Positions 39,901 to 46,620 of a DNA stretch of 64,000 nt are shown piece by piece (within the stretch, counting starts at the first letter, position 1; every line of letters starts with the position of its first letter). Both the position numbers and the translations under genes were made by a program. The notes under the pieces are model-generated. The model worked only from the letters and a program-made list of their open reading frames with translations. It had not been told where the DNA came from and did no database searches. This DNA is from Patescibacteria group bacterium (lineage in GTDB: Bacteria > Acidobacteriota > Polarisedimenticolia > Gp22-AA2): NCBI GenBank assembly GCA_035638115.1, contig DASRAN010000074.1:26062-90061 (forward strand), given 5' to 3'.

Positions 39901-42651
39901 GAGCTGCAGCAGTCGGTCGAGGCGATGGTGCGGGCGAGCCAGACCGCGGCCGAGCACGAAACGCACGGGAGCCAGGGACGGGTCTTCGTGCTGCGGGAGG
40001 ACCTCCTGAGTCCCCACGACCTGGCCGTCCTGCGCACGGCGGCGCGCGTGCTGATCCTGGCGAATCGAGGCGCCCTGTCGGAGCAGGTGGTGCGCGAGAA
40101 GGCGCCGGGGCCCGAGCCGGCGCCTCCTCGTCGCCGTCCGGTGCGCGAGAAAAGTGGCACCCCGCCGGTCCCCCGGCTCGACCTCGACTTCTGGAACGGC
40201 CTGGGAGGATTCACGCCGGACGAGCGCGAGTACGTCACGATCCTGGACCAGCGGAGATGGACGCCCGCGCCCTGGATCAACGTCGTCGCCAACCCGGACT
40301 TCGGGTTCCAGGTCTCGGAGTCGGGCTCCGGATACACCTGGTCCGTGAACAGCCGGGAGAACAAGCTGACGCCCTGGTCGAACGATCCCGTCGGCGACGC
40401 GCCCGGCGAGACGTTCTACGTGCGTGACGAGGACAGCGGGCGGCTCTGGGGGCCGACCTGCCTCCCGATCCGCGAGGACGCCGGGCCTTACGTCATCAGG
40501 CACGGCCAGGGATACAGCCGCTTCGCGCACGAGTCCCACGGCATCGCGCTCGACCTCCTGCAGCTCGTGCCGCTCGGCGACCCGATCAAGATCTCCCGCC
40601 TCGCCCTGGAGAATCGATCCGGCCGCAGGCGGCGGATCTCGGTCACGGCCTACGTGGAGTGGGTGCTGGGCGTGGCGCGCACCGGCTCGGCGCCTTTCGT
40701 CGTGACCGAGATCGATCCGGCGACCGGCACCCTGTTCGCCCGGAATTCCTGGAACGGGGAGTTCGCCGGACGGGTCGCGTTCGCCGACCTGGGCGGGCTG
40801 GCGACCTCCTCGACCTCCGACCGTCTGGAGTTCCTGGGCCGGAACGCCAGTCTCGCGCAACCCGCGTCGCTCCTGCGCGGCGGGGCTCTCTCCGGGACGG
40901 CGGGAGCCGGGCTCGACCCGTGCGCCGCGCTGCGGACGATCGTGGAGCTCGAGCCCGGCGAGCGCAGGGAGGTGCTCTTCCTGCTCGGACAGGGCGAGAG
41001 CCGCGAGGAGTCGCGGCTGCTGGTGGAGCGCTACCGCAAGGTGAAGTGCGATTCGGTTCTCGACGAGGTCCGGCAACACTGGGACCGTGTGCTGGGCACG
41101 GTGCAGGTGAAAACGCCCGATCGCTCCCTGGATCTCCTCCTCAACCGCTGGCTTCTCTATCAGGCGCTCTCCTGCCGGATCTGGTCCCGATCCGCGTTGT
41201 ATCAGTCGAGCGGGGCGTACGGCTTCCGCGATCAGATCCAGGATGTCCTGGCCCTCGCGGTGACCCGGCCGGATCTCGTGCGCGCGCACCTGCTGCGGGC
41301 CGCCGCCCGGCAATTCAAGGAAGGGGACGTGCAGCACTGGTGGCATCCGCCCACGGGCCGCGGGGTGAGGACCCGGACGACCGACGACCGTCTCTGGCTT
41401 CCGTACGCGGTGGCCCGATATCTCGAGACGACCGGGGACCAGTCGGTGCTCGAGGAGCAGGTGCCCTGGGTCGAAGGGGCCCCGTTGGAAGAGAAGCAGC
41501 AGGAAGCCTACTTCCAGCCCTCTCTCTCGGAGGATCGGGCGACGCTGTTCGAGCATTGCGCACGGGCCCTGGATCGGAGCCTCGAGACGGGTCTGCACGG
41601 TCTGCCTCTGATCGGCGCCGGGGATTGGAACGACGGCATGAACCGCGTCGGCCATGAAGGCCGGGGCGAGAGCGTCTGGCTGGGTTGGTTCCTGCTGGTC
41701 AACTTGAGGGATTTCGCCCGCATCGCCGACCAGCGCGCCGAAGGGGAGCGGGCGGCCCGGTGGCGCTCGAGCGCCGCCGACCTCGCGGCCGCGATCGAGC
41801 GGGAGGGCTGGGACGGGGAATGGTACCGGCGCGCCTTCTTCGACGACGGAACCCCGCTCGGATCGGCGGCGGGCGACGAATGCCGCATCGACTCCATTTC
41901 GCAGTCCTGGGCGGTTCTGTCGGGCGCCGGGGACGGGGGGCGTGCGCGCCAGGCCATGGACTCGGTGGAGCGCCTCCTCGTCCGGCCCGACGACGGGCTG
42001 TGTGCGCTCCTCTCCCCGCCCTTCGACCGGACACCCCTCGACCCGGGGTATATAAAAGGATACCCGCCGGGGGTCCGGGAGAACGGCGGGCAGTACACCC
42101 ACGCCGCGATCTGGTCGGTCATGGCGCTGGCCGATATGGGGGAAGGCGAAAAGGCGGCCGCCCTGTTCGGCCTGCTCAACCCCATCGGCCATGCGAGCGA
42201 CCCCGCCGGCGTCCAGAGGTACAAGGTGGAGCCGTACGCCGTGGCCGCCGACATCTATTCCGTATCACCCCACGTGGGTCGGGGGGGATGGACCTGGTAC
42301 ACGGGCGCCGCCGGCTGGCTCCACCGCGCGGGCCTCGAGTCGATGCTCGGCTTTCGGAAGCGGGGCTCCGCTCTTGACATCGATCCGTGCATCCCGGGAC
42401 GGTGGCCCGGCTTCGCGATCACCTATCGCCACGGCCGCACCGTCTATCGAATCACCGTCGACAATCCGAACGGGGTCTGTCGCGGGGTCTCCCAGGTCAG
42501 CCTCGACGGCGCACCGATCGCCGGCGAAGCGCGCGTTCCGCTGTCGGATGACGGCGCCGAGCACCAGATCCACGTGGTGCTCGGATTGGCCCCGGACCAG
42601 GGACGCGTGGAGCTCGCCGGCAGCGCCCGGGGATCCGTGCGACCTGCCTGA
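33994..42651 (+). CDS. ndvB: Cyclic beta-1,2-glucan synthase (Cgs/NdvB/ChvB homologue; GT84 glycosyltransferase + cyclisation region + GH94-like phosphorylase domain)
   Basis: 2885 aa; N-terminal TM region; DADTRLPRG (DxD) GT-A motif; C-terminal GH94-like (cellobiose-phosphorylase-like) region. Size and domain order match Cgs. Confidence 0.9.
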   Translation: MKVSAVIDRVSPAEEPIRAELFGIERLEEHAESLAVAHRAAGSPPRGRNILPRVRDNAHVLLAGYRSIAATVLAKHEITPAAEWILDNFHVVDDQLRGIRDHLPGSYYRLLPKIAAGHLAGYPRVYGLAWAYVAHTDSRFEMETLRRFVRAYQRVSPLTIGEIWAVAIHLRVALVENLRRLSQLIIGSREERARADALADRLLGLGEKPPERPNEVLRGLGGAPLTRAFAVQLVQRLRGQDLSIMPALEWLEKTLSAQGTSADELVAQEHQSQAAGNVTVRNIITSMRWMSSIDWTEFFESVSLVDEVLRTAPGYAAMDFTTRDRYRARIELLSRRSKHSEIEVAREAVLLARDASVKNGRTETLPGVPDRAESDPGYYIVAGGRRAFESRLGFRVPLKIRLRRAHRAIGMIGYLGGIAVLTALVLSLPLSLTWSAGAAAWTLVLLGILGLVPASDIAVALIHRLVPFLVPPRLLPKLELAQGVPPELRTLVAVPTMLARQADIEGQLERLEVHHLANPEGHLHFALLTDWTDAAEETMPGDAELLAAMADGIARLNARHGNAPDGQERFLLLHRRRLWNEKEGKWIGWERKRGKLHELNRLLRGAPDTTFLSINDRPPPVPPGVRYVITLDADTRLPRGTARQLVGAMAHPLNRPRFDPSKGRVVEGYAILQPRITPSLPTGPASTIYQRIVSGPGGVDPYAAAVSDVYQDLFGEGSYTGKGIYDVDVFEAALEGKVPENTLLSHDLFESSFARAGLATDVDLFEEFPTNYEVDARRHHRWARGDWQLLPWILGHARDTAGGRQPARIPIHGRWKMLDNLRRSLAAPAAFMVAVAAWILPGVPPLSWTALFVGSIVLPALIPILDGLLPQRWGFSKRNHLRAVGHDVLMATSQTLLAVTMLPYRAWLMTDAVIRTLVRVYVTRRNLLEWMTAARSGRRADLRIGVFYWRLRWGVLLAVAAGLLVVALKPAAWPLATPFVLLWLISPLLAWRLSIPPKIAKSQVLSPEETRAFRQVARRTWRYFETFVDQENHSLPLDNFQEDPDPVGAHRTSPTNLGLYLLGTTVACDFGWIGIRDLVDRLEATLGTMTTLHRVHGHFVNWYDSRTLRPLEPLYVSTVDSGNLAGHLIAVAQACRELRQRPPCGPEVPDGIRDALELLLASVARIGRPRRGKRAVAARLRETAEAMSARLEVPPTSAPEWRQRFEELKAESDRLVDLATQLASDVEAGGPEAGARDVGARDVGAGSEIVAWAEAVRVTIRSHARDLSGGDPGLTQHLSDLASLAEDMAQAMEFRFLFDPVRKIFSIGYRVSDGTLDPSGYDLLASEARLASFVAIAKGDVSPLHWFLLGRSLTPVGRGAALVSWSGSMFEYLMPLLVMRQPTRSLLDLTCRLVVGRQIRYGAERGVPWGISESAYNVRDAELTYQYSDFGVPGLGLKRGLFEDLVVAPYATALAAMVNPRAALDNFSRLEEAGARGAYGFYDALDYTLSRLPEGSRLAVVRAYMAHHQGMTIVSMGNVVHDGATQRRFHSHPMVQAAELLLQERTPRSVAVTRPRGEEVREAAHVRDLVPPTLRRFDSPHDITPRTHLLSNGRYTVMITAAGSGFSRWGGLAVTRWREDSTRDCWGTFIYLRDAGTGEVWSAGFQPCGAEAEQYEVVYSEDQARITQRSASLKIVLEILVSPEDDAELRRVTVTNLEDRDREIDFTSYAEVVMAPQPADEAHPAFSNLFVETEFVATHGTLLATRRPRSADEPRAWLAHLAAPDGEPVDPPQHESDRARFLGRGGGVRTPLGVNGGRPLSNTTGTVLDPIVSLRYRMALPAGGTARLVFTTLVAGSRDAALETAEKYRQPATFERASSLAWTQAQVQLHHLRISRDEAHLFQRLANRLLYVDRTLRAGHQERAANRGGPAGLWAHGLSGDLPIAVVRIETDEELDVARQLLRAHEYWRLKGIPADLVILNAKRTSYAQELQQSVEAMVRASQTAAEHETHGSQGRVFVLREDLLSPHDLAVLRTAARVLILANRGALSEQVVREKAPGPEPAPPRRRPVREKSGTPPVPRLDLDFWNGLGGFTPDEREYVTILDQRRWTPAPWINVVANPDFGFQVSESGSGYTWSVNSRENKLTPWSNDPVGDAPGETFYVRDEDSGRLWGPTCLPIREDAGPYVIRHGQGYSRFAHESHGIALDLLQLVPLGDPIKISRLALENRSGRRRRISVTAYVEWVLGVARTGSAPFVVTEIDPATGTLFARNSWNGEFAGRVAFADLGGLATSSTSDRLEFLGRNASLAQPASLLRGGALSGTAGAGLDPCAALRTIVELEPGERREVLFLLGQGESREESRLLVERYRKVKCDSVLDEVRQHWDRVLGTVQVKTPDRSLDLLLNRWLLYQALSCRIWSRSALYQSSGAYGFRDQIQDVLALAVTRPDLVRAHLLRAAARQFKEGDVQHWWHPPTGRGVRTRTTDDRLWLPYAVARYLETTGDQSVLEEQVPWVEGAPLEEKQQEAYFQPSLSEDRATLFEHCARALDRSLETGLHGLPLIGAGDWNDGMNRVGHEGRGESVWLGWFLLVNLRDFARIADQRAEGERAARWRSSAADLAAAIEREGWDGEWYRRAFFDDGTPLGSAAGDECRIDSISQSWAVLSGAGDGGRARQAMDSVERLLVRPDDGLCALLSPPFDRTPLDPGYIKGYPPGVRENGGQYTHAAIWSVMALADMGEGEKAAALFGLLNPIGHASDPAGVQRYKVEPYAVAADIYSVSPHVGRGGWTWYTGAAGWLHRAGLESMLGFRKRGSALDIDPCIPGRWPGFAITYRHGRTVYRITVDNPNGVCRGVSQVSLDGAPIAGEARVPLSDDGAEHQIHVVLGLAPDQGRVELAGSARGSVRPA

Positions 42652-42810
42652 ACCGGACCTCGCCCGGCGGGCGGTAGGGTTACCCCCCATAGCAACGCCA
42701 CGGCCCACCGCGTAGCCTGCTTGCGTGATGAGCGCGAAGAACGACATGGACGTCGGCGTGTGAATCGGCCGGGCGGGATGGTCCACGTCCAGCCACTCGA
42801 AATCATATCG

Positions 42811-42827
42811 ATCACGTCATGTGATCA
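42811..42827. promoter_or_regulatory. Perfect inverted repeat GATCAC-N5-GTGATC about 15 nt upstream of the RBS of the repeat-protein gene (candidate operator)
   Basis: The palindrome TGATCACgtcatGTGATCA, read directly from the sequence. Confidence 0.2.
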
Positions 42828-42839
42828 GGAGGTCGTGTC

Positions 42840-44453
42840 TTGAAAATCATCAAAACAGTCATTCTGACTTTCGCGGCCGTGCTGCTCGCGGGTGTTCTCG
42901 CGCAGCCTGCCCGCGCCGACGTCTCGTTCGACGTGGCCTACACCCATCTGAGCGAGCATGGCACCTGGCTCGTCTCGGCGCAGTACGGTCATGTCTGGCA
43001 GCCGCGGGAGTACACGCAGGATTGGAATCCCTACTACGACGGTCATTGGGTCTATACGGACCTGGGCTGGGCGTGGGTCTCGGACTACGAGTGGGGATCC
43101 ATCCCTTATCACTACGGGACGTGGTACAGCGACCCGGACGCGGGATGGGTCTGGGTCCCGGGGCGCACCTGGGCACCCTCGTGGGTCGTCTTCCGCACCG
43201 GCCCCGACTACATCGGCTGGGCTCCGGTGCCGCCCGGCTTCTCCATTGGCCTGTCGCTCAACGCGGGCGGACCATCGAACTTCGTCTTCGTCTCATCCCA
43301 CGACTTCCTGGCGCCGAGAGTGCGCATGTCGATCATCCCGCGCACGCGTGAGAGCGTGTACATGAACAACACGACGATCGTCAACAACATCGTCGTGCAG
43401 AACAACGTCGTGATCAATCAAGGTCCCGACTACCGGACCGTCGAGAGGGCCATCGGACGCCCCATCCGTCCGGAGCGCATCGAAAACGTCACGAGGGTGG
43501 CGCCGTATGCCCATGTCGACCGTACCGAGCTGGCGCTGGCCCCTGGAACGGCACAGCGCGACGTGCGGGTCGCCGAACCGGTCCCCGCGAGCCAGCCCCT
43601 GCCGGTCGCCGGCAGACAGGGGCATCGCGATGCGAATGCTTCTCCCAACGCCGCACCGGCGCAACCCGGCTCCGCACCGGCGCAAGCTGCCGTGGCACCG
43701 GGCCACTCCAACGCGCGTCCTCAGGATCAACAGAACACTCCCCTGCGGACGCCTCCGCCCGCGGAGGTGACACCGACCGAGGCCGCCGACGCCGCGCACA
43801 ACGGGCATGGCGCCCGGACAGTCCCGGGGCATGAGAACGCGAACGCCCAGCAGAGCGCGCAGGCCGAGGCGGATGCCAAGGCTCACGCGCAGCAGAGCGC
43901 CCAGGAACAGACGAACGCCAAAACGCGCGCCGACCACAGCGCCAAGGCCCAGGCGGACGCCGTGACGAAGGCGGATCAGAGCGCCCAGTCGCAGGCGGAC
44001 GCCAAGACGCGCGCCGACCAGAGCGCGCAGGAGCAGGCGAACGCCAAGGCGAAGGCGGATCAGAGCGCCCAGGAGCAGGCCAACGCCAGAGCGCATTCCG
44101 ACCCCCACGCGCAGGCCCAGGCGAATGCGAAGGCCCACGCCGATCAGAACGCCCATTCACAGGCCGCCGCCAAGGCGCACGCCGATCAGAACGCGCAGGC
44201 CCAGGCCACAGCCAAGGCGAAGACCGATCAGAACGCGCAGGCGCAGGCGAACGCCAAGGCGCATGCCGACCAGAACACCCAGGCGCAGGCCACCGCCCAG
44301 GCCAAGGCCGATCAGAGCGCCCAGGCAAACGCGAACGCGAAGAAGGCCGCCGACGCGAAGGCCAAGAAGCACACTCCGGAGAAGCCACCCGCGAAGGATC
44401 CGAACGCCGCCGAGGGCACGCCCCCTGCCGGCAAGACTGTAAGGATGCAGTAG
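42840..44453 (+). CDS. Secreted protein with an N-terminal W/Y-rich DUF6600-like domain and a C-terminal array of ~12 imperfect 14-residue repeats (ADQxAQxQAxAKAx)
   Basis: AGGAGG RBS; TTG start; signal peptide MKIIKTVILTFAAVLLAGVLAQPARA; W-rich segment (…YGHVWQP…GHWVYTDLGWAWVSDYEWG…) recalled as DUF6600-like; the repeat array is read directly. Confidence 0.75.
   Translation: MKIIKTVILTFAAVLLAGVLAQPARADVSFDVAYTHLSEHGTWLVSAQYGHVWQPREYTQDWNPYYDGHWVYTDLGWAWVSDYEWGSIPYHYGTWYSDPDAGWVWVPGRTWAPSWVVFRTGPDYIGWAPVPPGFSIGLSLNAGGPSNFVFVSSHDFLAPRVRMSIIPRTRESVYMNNTTIVNNIVVQNNVVINQGPDYRTVERAIGRPIRPERIENVTRVAPYAHVDRTELALAPGTAQRDVRVAEPVPASQPLPVAGRQGHRDANASPNAAPAQPGSAPAQAAVAPGHSNARPQDQQNTPLRTPPPAEVTPTEAADAAHNGHGARTVPGHENANAQQSAQAEADAKAHAQQSAQEQTNAKTRADHSAKAQADAVTKADQSAQSQADAKTRADQSAQEQANAKAKADQSAQEQANARAHSDPHAQAQANAKAHADQNAHSQAAAKAHADQNAQAQATAKAKTDQNAQAQANAKAHADQNTQAQATAQAKADQSAQANANAKKAADAKAKKHTPEKPPAKDPNAAEGTPPAGKTVRMQ
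43848..44365 (+). repeat. About twelve tandem imperfect 42-bp direct repeats (a coding, Ala/Gln/Lys-rich 14-aa unit)
   Basis: Period-42 units such as gatcagagcgcccaggagcaggc(g/c)aacgccaa(g/a)gcg…; this is a coding repeat, not a CRISPR array (no spacer/repeat alternation). Confidence 0.8.
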
Positions 44454-44473
44454 CTCGGATGGATGGTTGTTCA

Positions 44474-44503
44474 TCCCCCCTGGTCCGGAACCGGGCCAGG
44501 GGG
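44474..44503. terminator. GC-rich hairpin between convergent genes (ccccctggtccgg-aa-ccgggccaggggg), a candidate bidirectional terminator
   Basis: A 13-bp stem with one mismatch and a 2-nt loop, followed by tttatt, lying between the stop at 44453 (+) and the stop at 44512 (-). Confidence 0.35.
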
Positions 44504-44511
44504 AACTGCAT

Positions 44512-45189
44512 TTATTCGATGGGGATCGGTCCGCTCGCCTCGATGATTCCCGCGAAGAGGGCGTAGCGGGTCAGACCCGCGGTGTCGTGAATCCCGAGCT
44601 TCGACTTCAGGTGCTGCCGGTGCTTCTCGACGGTCTTGATGCTGATGCCGAGATGTGCGGCGGTCTCCTTGTTGGCCATTCCCTCCGCAATCATTTGAAG
44701 CACCTCCTGCTCGCGCGAGGTCAGCCGCGCCGCCTTCTTCCCCGGTCTCCCGCCATGCGCGATCCACCTCTCATGAATATCGCCGCGGCGCTTCGAGACC
44801 GAGGCGCTGAAGTACGTGCCGCCCTGATGGACCTCGCGAATCGCCTTGACGAGGACATGGGCCGCGCTCTCCTTGAGGACATAGCCTGCCGCGCCAACGG
44901 AGGTCGCCTGCTCGACATACTCGTCCTCGCTGTGGGCGGACAGGATCAGCACCTTCGTGGACGGACACAGTCTCAGTATCTGGCGCGTGGCCTCCACCCC
45001 GTTGAGCAGCGGCATGGCGATGTCCATGACCACCACCCCAGGAAGCAGCTTCCGGACAAGCTGAATCGCCTCGCGTCCATTGCGAGCCTCACCCACGACC
45101 TGGATATCCTCTTCCGCCGTCAATAACGCGCGCAGCCCTTCCCGGACCAGCACGTGATCCTCGACGAGCAGAACGCGGATGCGTGTCAT
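44512..45189 (-). CDS. NarL/FixJ-family response regulator (REC + LuxR-type HTH); no cognate histidine kinase adjacent
   Basis: MTRIRVLLVEDH…D (phospho-acceptor in VVMDIAMP)…; C-terminal LTSREQEVLQMIAEGMANKETAAHLGISIKTVEKHR. Start placed at ATG 45189 (the ORF track runs to 45312). Confidence 0.85.
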   Translation of the reverse strand: MTRIRVLLVEDHVLVREGLRALLTAEEDIQVVGEARNGREAIQLVRKLLPGVVVMDIAMPLLNGVEATRQILRLCPSTKVLILSAHSEDEYVEQATSVGAAGYVLKESAAHVLVKAIREVHQGGTYFSASVSKRRGDIHERWIAHGGRPGKKAARLTSREQEVLQMIAEGMANKETAAHLGISIKTVEKHRQHLKSKLGIHDTAGLTRYALFAGIIEASGPIPIE

Positions 45190-45377
45190 GCCGGAAGTAT
45201 CGCGCATTCGACGCCTTTGAGCCATCGGGAATGCCCTGAGTGTCCTTCCAGGCATCCGGATGCGCAGAATGCGCGCCATCCCGATAGTCATTGATCGATG
45301 TTCGGCCCACACTCGCTTTCACGAGCGTGGATCCAATGACGCGTGGATTTGATCATACGTTCCGGGAGGTACTCAGC

Positions 45378-46484
45378 ATGATTCGACCAAGATCTCCGAC
45401 CCGCTTCACGCTCCTCGGCCTCCTTCTCTTCCTGTTACTCTCCGCCGTTCGAAGCAGCGACCTCTTCGCCACCCCCGCCGCCGGGATCGACGCTTCGTGC
45501 CAGCAGGGAACCGATCGGACCGAGCGGATGTTCATCTGGTACATCGTGAACGGGAGAGCGACCCCGCTGCGTTGGTCCGCGCGTCCTTTCATCGTCCATC
45601 TGCCGGCCTCGTATGACGGCACCGTCCCCTTTCCGGTCGTGATCGACATCCACGGCGGCGGCGGGTCGGCCGAGGGCGCGAGGGCGATGACCTGCCCGAA
45701 CGGCGATCTGAATGATCCCGGATGTCTGGATCGACTGGCGGACTGCGAGGGATTCATCACCGTCTATCCCAATGGGACCTCCGACCCGGTGTTCAAGAGC
45801 CTCCGCACGTTCGATGCCGGAGGGGGGAACGCCGGGTTCCAGTGCGTGAGCGGTGTCGCGTGCACGACGAAGGTCGACGATCTCCGCTATTTCACCGATC
45901 TTCTCGACACGCTGGAGAAGAACTACACCATCGATCCGGCACGCATCTACCTGACCGGCCTCTCCAACGGCGGTGCGATGAGCCATCGCCTGGCCTGCGA
46001 GCTGTCGGACCGGATCGCCGCGATCGCGCCGATCTCCGGCGGGAATCAGTTTGCGGCCCTCGAGTACTGTTCCCCGTCCCGGCCCGTCCCCGTGCTCGAG
46101 ATTCATGGCACCGCCGATCGATGCTGGCCCTACCAGGGCGGGATGCAGACCTGCGCGGGCATCCTGACGCCCCAGGGCTTCGGCGGGTTCGTCTCGATTC
46201 CCGCCACCGTCGCCGCTTGGGCTTCCACGAACGGGTGTCACACAACGCCGCTCGTCGAAAACCTGCTGGACATCGCCCCGACCGACGGCACGAGCGTCAC
46301 GCGGATCACCTATCGGGGATGCGCGAATGGCGGCGATGTCGTTCAGCTCAGGGTCAACGGCGGCGGCCACACCTGGCCCGGCGGCTCGAGCGTGCTGTCC
46401 CTCCGGATGGTCGGGAACCTGAGCCGGGAATTCAGCGCCAACAAGGTCATGTGGGAGTTTTTCAAGGCCCACCCGATGCCGTGA
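45378..46484 (+). CDS. Secreted alpha/beta-hydrolase esterase of the poly(3-hydroxybutyrate) depolymerase / LpqC family
   Basis: GGGAGG RBS; signal peptide MIRPRSPTRFTLLGLLLFLLLSAV; GLSNGG nucleophile elbow; HG…; Cys-rich. Confidence 0.75.
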   Translation: MIRPRSPTRFTLLGLLLFLLLSAVRSSDLFATPAAGIDASCQQGTDRTERMFIWYIVNGRATPLRWSARPFIVHLPASYDGTVPFPVVIDIHGGGGSAEGARAMTCPNGDLNDPGCLDRLADCEGFITVYPNGTSDPVFKSLRTFDAGGGNAGFQCVSGVACTTKVDDLRYFTDLLDTLEKNYTIDPARIYLTGLSNGGAMSHRLACELSDRIAAIAPISGGNQFAALEYCSPSRPVPVLEIHGTADRCWPYQGGMQTCAGILTPQGFGGFVSIPATVAAWASTNGCHTTPLVENLLDIAPTDGTSVTRITYRGCANGGDVVQLRVNGGGHTWPGGSSVLSLRMVGNLSREFSANKVMWEFFKAHPMP

Positions 46485-46620
46485 GAGGGCGTCAGGCCGC
46501 TCCTGACAGTTTGTTCAGAAGAAGACCCGACTGTGCAGTCGGTCACGATTGCGGCAACATCGGCGTCGCGGTCAGGGTATCGCGTGCGATCGCGCGGCGC
46601 CGCGATGCGGATGGTGGTCG

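Noticed and set aside
42651-42840. Lower-GC intergenic stretch after the glucan synthase gene; checked for tRNA or small RNA genes, including a tiny 11-codon ORF (atgagcgcgaag…tga).
   Set aside because: No cloverleaf-compatible structure or conserved ncRNA signature is recognisable by eye; the mini-ORF has no RBS. A dedicated covariance-model scan (tRNAscan-SE, Infernal) would be needed.
43848-44365. Tandem 42-bp direct repeats, considered as a possible CRISPR array or minisatellite.
   Set aside because: The repeats are contiguous with no unique spacers, lie in frame within a protein-coding gene, and encode a 14-aa repeat. No cas genes are nearby.
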